Of a DNA stretch of 64,000 nucleotides, positions 57,541 to 64,000 are shown one piece after another. The translations under genes were made by a program, and so were the position numbers. Position 1 is the first letter of the stretch. The number at the start of each line of letters is the position of its first letter. The notes below the pieces were generated by a model. The model was not told where the DNA came from. It saw nothing but the letters and a program-made list of their open reading frames with translations, and made no database searches. The DNA is from Malacoraja senta (Eukaryota): assembly GCA_038087875.1 (NCBI GenBank), contig CM075994.1, positions 1,800,001-1,864,000 on the forward strand, written 5' to 3'.

Positions 57541-59580
57541 ATAGACAATTGACAATGGACAATAGGTGCAGGAGTAGGCCATTCGGCCCCTCGAGCCAGC
57601 ACCGCCATTCACTGTGATCATGGCTGATCATCCACAATCAAGACCCCGTTCCTGCCTTCTCCCCATATCCCCTGACTCCACTATCTTTAAGAGCTCTATC
57701 TAACTCTCTCTTTAAAGCATCCAGAGAATTGGCCTCCACTGCCTCTGAGGCAGTGAATTCCACAGATTCACAACTCTCTGGGTGAAAAAGATTTTCCTCA
57801 TTTCCGTTCTAAATGGCCTACCCCTTTTTCCTAAACTGTGACCCCTGGTTCTGGACTTCCCCAACATCGGAAACATGTTTCCTGCCTCTAGTGTGTCCAA
57901 TCCCTTAATTATATTATATGTTTCAATTAGATCCCCTCTCATCCTTCTAAATTCCAGAGTATACAAGCCCAGTCGCTCCATTCTATCAACACATGACAGT
58001 CCCGCCATCCCGGGAATTAACCTCGTGAACCTACGCTGCACTCTCCCAATAGCAAGAATGTCCTTCCTCAAATTTGGAGACCAAAACTGCACACAATACT
58101 CCAGGTGTGGTCTCACTAGGGCCCTGTACAACTCTTTGCTCCTATACTCAACTCCTCTTGCGATGAAGGCCAACATACCATTAGCTTTCTTCACTGCCTG
58201 CTGTAGCTGCATGCTTACTTTCAGTGACTGATAAACAAGGACCCCCAGATCTCGTTGTACTTCCCCTTTTCCCAACTTGATCATAATCTGCCTTCCTGTT
58301 TTTGCCACCAAAGTGGATGACCTCACATTTATCCACATTAAACCGCATCTGCCATGCATCTGCCCATTCACCCAACCTGTCCAAGTCAACCTGCATCCTC
58401 ATAGCATCCTCCTCACAGTTCACACTGCCACCCAGCTTTGTGTCATCTGCAAATTTGCTAATGTTACTTTTAATCCCTTCATCTAAATCATTAATGTATA
58501 TTGTAAATAGCTGCGGTCCCAGCACCGAGCCTTACGGTACCCCATTTGTCACTGCCTGCCATTCTGAAAGGGACCCGTTAATCCCTACTCTTTGTTTCCT
58601 GTCTGCCAACCAATTTTCTATCCATGTCAGTACCCTACCCCCAATACCATGTGCTCTAATTTTGCCCACTAATCTCGTATGTGGGACCTTATCAAAGGCT
58701 TTCTGAAAGTCCAGGTACATTACATCCACTGGCTCTCCCCTATCCATTTCCTAGTTACATCCTCAAAAAATTCCAGAAGATTAGTCAAGCATGATTTCCC
58801 CTTCATAAATCTATGCTGACACGGACCGATCCTGTTACTGCTATCCAAATGTGTTGCTATTTCATCTTTTATAATTGCCTCCAGCATCTTCCCCACCACC
58901 GGTGTCAGGCTAACTGGTCTTTAATTCCATGTTTTCTTTCTTCTGCCTTTATTAAAAAGTGGGATAACATTAGCTACCCTCCAATCCACAGGAACTAATC
59001 CTGAATCTATAGAACATTGGAAAATGATCACCAATGCGTCCACGATTTCTTACGTACCCTGGGATGCAGACCATCAGACCCTGGGGATTTATCAGCCTTC
59101 AGTCCCATCAGTCTACCACACACCATTTCCGGCCTAATGTGAATTTCCTTCAGTTCCTCCCTCACCCCAGATCCTCTGGCCACTAGTACATCTGGGAGAT
59201 TGTTTATGTCCTCGTTAGTGAAGACAGATCCAAAGCACCTGTTCAACCCTTCTGCCATTTCCTTGTTCCCCATAATAAATTCACCTGTTTCTGTCTTCAA
59301 GGGTCCAACTTTGGTCTTAACTAATTTTTTCCTCTTCACATACCAAAGAAGCTTTTACTACCCTCCTTTATATTTTTGGCTAGCTTACCTTCGTACCTCA
59401 TCTTTTCTCCCCGTATTGCCTTTTTAGTTATCTTCTGTTGCTCTTTAAAAGTTCCCAATCCTCTGGCTTCCCGCTCCTCTTTGCTATGTTATACTTCTCT
59501 TTTATTTTTATACTGTCCTTGACTTCCCTTGTCAGCCACGGTCGCCCCTTACTCCCCTTAGATTCTTTCTTCCTCTTTGG
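57541..59580 (-). mobile_element. CR1-clade LINE, 5'-truncated, degenerate ORF2
   Basis: ORFs 59028-59339, 58532-58747, 58181-58525 (KFADDTKL) and 57712-58389. Close relative of 4058-5745. Confidence 0.93.
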
Positions 59581-59838
59581 AGGGGAAAGGGGGAAATGGG
59601 TGCAGTTCCAGGTGAGGTACAGAGAAGAGAGGGGGAAAAGTGGGAGAGTATTTCTAGATTAGTTACCTAAAATTTGAGAATTCAATGTGCATACTGATGA
59701 CATGCAAGTTCCACATAAGACTGGAGAAGATTAACTAATTTCCTACTGTATGTCCATTACACAGCTTAAAAGCATAATTACATAAAATGACCGCAGATTC
59801 AAGCACATGCAATTAATATACTCTTTCAGTTTACAGTT

Positions 59839-59916
59839 TTAGGACTTGTGATAGTAACAAGTCCCACAGTGACAGTCAGTGTGATTCTCGATCTTCAGAT
59901 TTCCCATTAAGGTCAC
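59839..59916 (-). CDS. CGA: Glycoprotein hormones alpha subunit, last coding exon (partial gene)
   Basis: Acceptor ttcttaatctttttcAG followed by [25 protein letters not shown], which has the NHT glycosylation sequon and the CxCxTCYYHKS terminus. No upstream exons were found in the window. Confidence 0.95.
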   Translation of the reverse strand: MTLMGNLKIENHTDCHCGTCYYHKS

Positions 59917-60082
59917 CTGAAAAAGATTAAGAAATGAAAGAACGTCATGGTGATATCCAACACATACATTTTTTCTTGGGCTAGTTACAGAGGTTCATGC
60001 ATATGTATCAGGCAGCTGTTTGTTTTTTTGCACTAGTATTGTGGTTATTTATTTAGCGTAGTTCAGTTTTGTTTAGTGTTAA

Positions 60083-60714
60083 GGCCCTGTCCCACTTGGC
60101 CGTCATTTGCACGCCATTTACGCGACCTGGTAGCGTGTGGGTAGCGCGGGACGGGCGCATGGAGTGGCGTGGAAGAGTGTGGAGTTGTGCGCGGTATCGC
60201 GCAGCGCTCCAGGATTTCGTTCTGCACTAAATCTTCGCGTGCCACCGGCCTGTCACGTAAATGACGGCCAAGTGGGACACCCTGGCGCGGCGCAACGTCT
60301 CGCCTCCAACAGCAGCAGAAGCAGGCAAACGATCGCCGAGCTCGGCCTGGGGCTCACGGCCGATGCGGATCCGGATCCGCCCCCACTCCCAGAGCGGGGT
60401 CGAGATAGACACAAAATGCAGGAGTAACTCAGCGGGACCGGCAGCATCTCTGGAGAGAAGCAATGGATGACGTTTCGGGTCGAGGCCCTTCTTCAGACTG
60501 AAGAAGAGTCTCGACCCGAAACATCATCCATTCCTTCTCTCCAGAGATGCTGCCGGTCCCGCTGAGTTACTCCTGCATTTCGTGTCTTTCAAATGACGTC
60601 ACGCGCTCCAGACGGCTGTGCGGACGCATGATGACGCGCACGACCGTCGCGCGAGTGTCGCGCGTCAGTCACTACCAGCCTGTCGCGTAAATGACGGCCA
60701 AGTGGGACAGGCCC
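60083..60714. mobile_element. TTAA-flanked MITE with 26-bp TIRs and a nested Penelope fold-back
   Basis: TTAA|ggccctgtcccacttggccgtcattt ... aaatgacggccaagtgggacaggccc|TTAA. Confidence 0.85.
60402..60590. mobile_element. Near-perfect 190-bp Penelope-derived hairpin with hammerhead-like cores
   Basis: Inverted arms centred on cttcag-a-ctgaag. Each arm has CTGAAGA-A-stem-GAAAC(G/A)TC. Confidence 0.7.
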
Positions 60715-63269
60715 TTAACAGTGTGGAAACAGGCCCTTCGGCCACCGAGTCCGCACCGACCAGTGATCATACACTGGTTCTATCCTACACACTAGGGGAC
60801 ATTTTACAGAAGCCAATTTACATTTTACAGAAGGCTTTGAAATGTGGGAGGAAACCCGAACACCTAGAGGATTACCCATGCGATCACAGGGAGAATGTGC
60901 AAACTCCGTACAGACAGCACCTGTAGACAGGATCGCATGGGTAATCCTCTAGGTGTTTGGGTCTTGGGTGCTGTAAGGCAGCAACTCTACCGCTGCACCA
61001 CCATGCCGCCCCTCAGCGCCATCCTGCTGTAAACTGAAAAAAATCAACTAATTTATTGAATTTTTGTATATTATATATTATCCAAGTGCACTGTGTTTAC
61101 AGGCCTGTTCTGTAAGAATGTCATTGTTCTTTTTTCTGTACATATGGCAATTAAACAATCTTGGCTATTCCTGCATTCTCTCCTCTCCAGTATCTTTGCC
61201 TCCTTGTTCAGACAATCCTCGCTTTCCAACATCTGACAAGTGACCATCATTTAACGGGAAGCTTTAACAAAGCGTTTTAGCATTGAACATCCTCCACTAC
61301 ACATTTTCAGCAGGTGTCTATCAGGGGCAGCACATTTCGAGATACAGCAGGGAAACAGGTTCTTCATAGAATTTTTGGGCGAGCATGGTGGCGCAGCGGT
61401 AGAGTTCATAAGTGATAGGAGCAGATATAGGCCATTTGGCCCATCAAATCTACTCCACCATTCAATCATGGCTGATCTATCTCTGCCTGCTAACCTCATC
61501 CTCCTGCCTTCTCCCCATAACCTCTGACACCTGTACTAATCAAGAGTTGCTGACTTACAGTGCTTGCATCTCCGTATACCCGGGTTCGAACCCGACTACG
61601 GGTGCTGTCTGTATGGAGTTTATACGTTCTCCCCGTGACCTGTGTGGGTTTTCTCCAAGATCTTCAGTTTTCCCCCACACTAAAAAAGCCGTACAGGTTC
61701 GTAGATGAATTGGCTTGCGTTTGTATAAATTGTCCCTAGTGTATGTAGCATGGTGTTAATGTGCAGAGAACGCTGGTTGGTGCGATACTCGGTGGGTCAA
61801 AGGGCCTGTTTCCGCGCTGTTTCTAAACTAAACTAAACATCAGCCCACCGAGTCCATGCCAACCATCAATTAACCATTCACACTAGTTCTGTGACATCCC
61901 AGTTTCTCATCCACTCCCGAGGGGACATTTATGGAGGCCAATTAACCTTAAAACCTCCACATCCTTTTAGTTTAGTCCAGTTTAGAGATATAGCGCAGAA
62001 ACAGGCCCTTCGGCCCACCGAGTCCGCATTGACCAGCGATCCCTGCTGACTAATACCATCCTTCACGCACTGGGCACAATTTACTATTTTACCAAGCCAA
62101 TTAGTCTACAAACCTGTACATTTTTGGAGTGTGGGAGGAAACCGGAGCACCCGGAGAAAAGCCACGTAGGTCATGGGGAGAACATATAAACTGTATACAG
62201 ACAGCACCCATTGTCAGGATCGAACCTGTGTCTATGACGCTGTGTAGCAGCAGCTCTACCAGCGGCAACATTGTGCCACCCTTGTTCCACTGTGTCGCCC
62301 AGACAATCTGGTCACTACTGTCCACACGTGAATACATGCACACTGAAGATATCTGCACCATCCCTACCATCTAGATTTGGGAAAGACCTGAGCACTCCCT
62401 GATTGATGAGCTTCAATGATACTCTGCACACTCACCAAGCTATGAGGGGAGCCAAAACAAGGTATTGCTCAAAAGGTTCACAACACACAATAAACAATTA
62501 ATGGCAAGGTCCTTAACTCCATCTACACTTCACACTGCCTCGGAAAAGCATCCAAAATTATCAGCCCCATTCCGGTCATTCTTTCTTCTCCCTGCTCCGG
62601 TTTGGCAGAATGTACAGAAGTTTGAAAGTGTGCATCAGCAGACTCAGGAACAGCTTCTTCCCCTCTGATATCAAGCTTCTGAAAGGCCATTCCCCAAGCT
62701 AGGGGACTGTCTGATTCACCTCTACTCCATTGCAGACATTGGATTTGTCTCTGGAACTGATGCGCTACAATGCTGAGAACTATATTCTGCATCCCGTATC
62801 TTCCCCTTTGCTCTTTCTATTATACTTGAATTGACTTGATTGTATTTATGTATAGTATTATGTGATCTGACTGGATAGCATGCAAAACAACGTTTTTCAC
62901 TGCAGAAACAAAGAACTGCAGATGATGGTTTATTACAAAGACACACACAAAGTGCTGGAGTAACTAAGCAACTCAGGCAGCATCTCTGGAGAAAAGGAAC
63001 AGGTGACGTTTCGGGTCGGAACCCTTCTTCAGACTTACGAAGGGTTCCAACCCGAAACGTCACCTGTTCCGTTTTTCCAGAGATGCTGTCTGACCCACTG
63101 AATTACTCCAGCATTTTCTGTCTATCTTCGGTGTAAACCAGCATCTGTAGTTCCTTCCTACATGGTTCTGATGAAGGGTTTTCAACCTGCAATGATAATT
63201 CTGTATCTCTTTACACAGATACTGCCCAACCTGCTGAGTGTTTCCAGATTATTCTGTCTTTATTGCAGA

Positions 63270-63535
63270 TTAAGGGAAGAATAAGGGGTAGGCCATTTAG
63301 GACTGAAATGAGGAAAAACTTTTTCTGCCAGAGAGTTGTGAATCTGTGGAATTCTCTGTCACAGAAGGCTGGATGTTTTCAAAAGAGAGCTAGATTTAGC
63401 TCTTAGGGCTAACGGAATCAAGGGACGGGGTACTGATTTTGGATGATCAGCCATGATCATATTGAATGGTGGTGCTGGCTCGTAAGGCTGAATGGCCCAC
63501 TCCTGCACCTATTTTCTATGTTTCTATGTTTCTAT
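63270..63535 (+). mobile_element. CR1-clade LINE 3' end
   Basis: Matches 2145-2460 and ends in (ttctatgt)n. Confidence 0.85.
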
Positions 63536-64000
63536 TTCCAGCATCTGAGTTTTAAAAAAAATTGTTTCACGAAGTAACCATACCCTGGGGTGTTGACAGA
63601 ACCTGCAGGTGGGCACCTAAGATGCAGCTTAATCTGGTTAGCATCTCTTCTGAGGTCTACCTTCTCCCTTGTGCAGCTCACATACAAAGGAATTCCCACT
63701 GGCAAGTCTATTAGAGTCATTAACAGCCTGAAGTTAATAAACAGCACTGAGGCAATTATAGCAAAGTCTCTTGCAGGTACAAAAGACAGCAGGTTGGGCA
63801 GAGCAGGGATACAGGGAGCTGGCTTACAAGAATTAAGAAACTCCCTCTGCCGCTAATCATTCCTAACCATGATGGTCCTGTTATTGGTGTTCTGCAAATT
63901 ATTCTACTAAGTCGAATGAAAGATGTGAGAAAATAATTTTCATCTCTCTCCATGCCTATTTAAACATCACTGAAGTTGGCAACTTCCATTACCAATTGCA

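Overview
Repeat-dense vertebrate DNA, most likely from a cartilaginous fish (skate or ray). The main clue is the many HE1-type V-SINEs that share their 3' tail with HER1/CR1 LINEs. Two host genes lie tail-to-tail, as at the human HTR1E-CGA locus. One is a single-exon 5-HT1E serotonin receptor orthologue (48561-49557, +) broken by two non-compensating frameshifts. The other is the last coding exon of the glycoprotein hormone alpha subunit CGA (59839-59916, -), which the ORF track misses. The rest is nested mobile DNA. (1) A 145-bp SINE-like insertion whose 5' end is a minimal CPEB3/HDV-like ribozyme fold (21655-21799). (2) A 9.1-kb degenerate endogenous retrovirus-like element with LTRs, a 5-bp TSD, a tRNA-Ser PBS, a PTAP-bearing gag remnant and an env remnant that looks F-protein-like; it carries a nearly intact Passport-like Tc1 transposon in its 3' LTR and a 2.7-kb compound microsatellite. 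(3) Two non-autonomous Helitrons, one of which cleanly splits an L1 ORF2. (4) CR1, L1, Tx1 and Rex1 LINE fragments, several MITEs, and many Penelope-derived fold-back repeats with hammerhead-like cores. All calls come from reading the sequence by eye, family names come from recalled sequences, and no database search was run.
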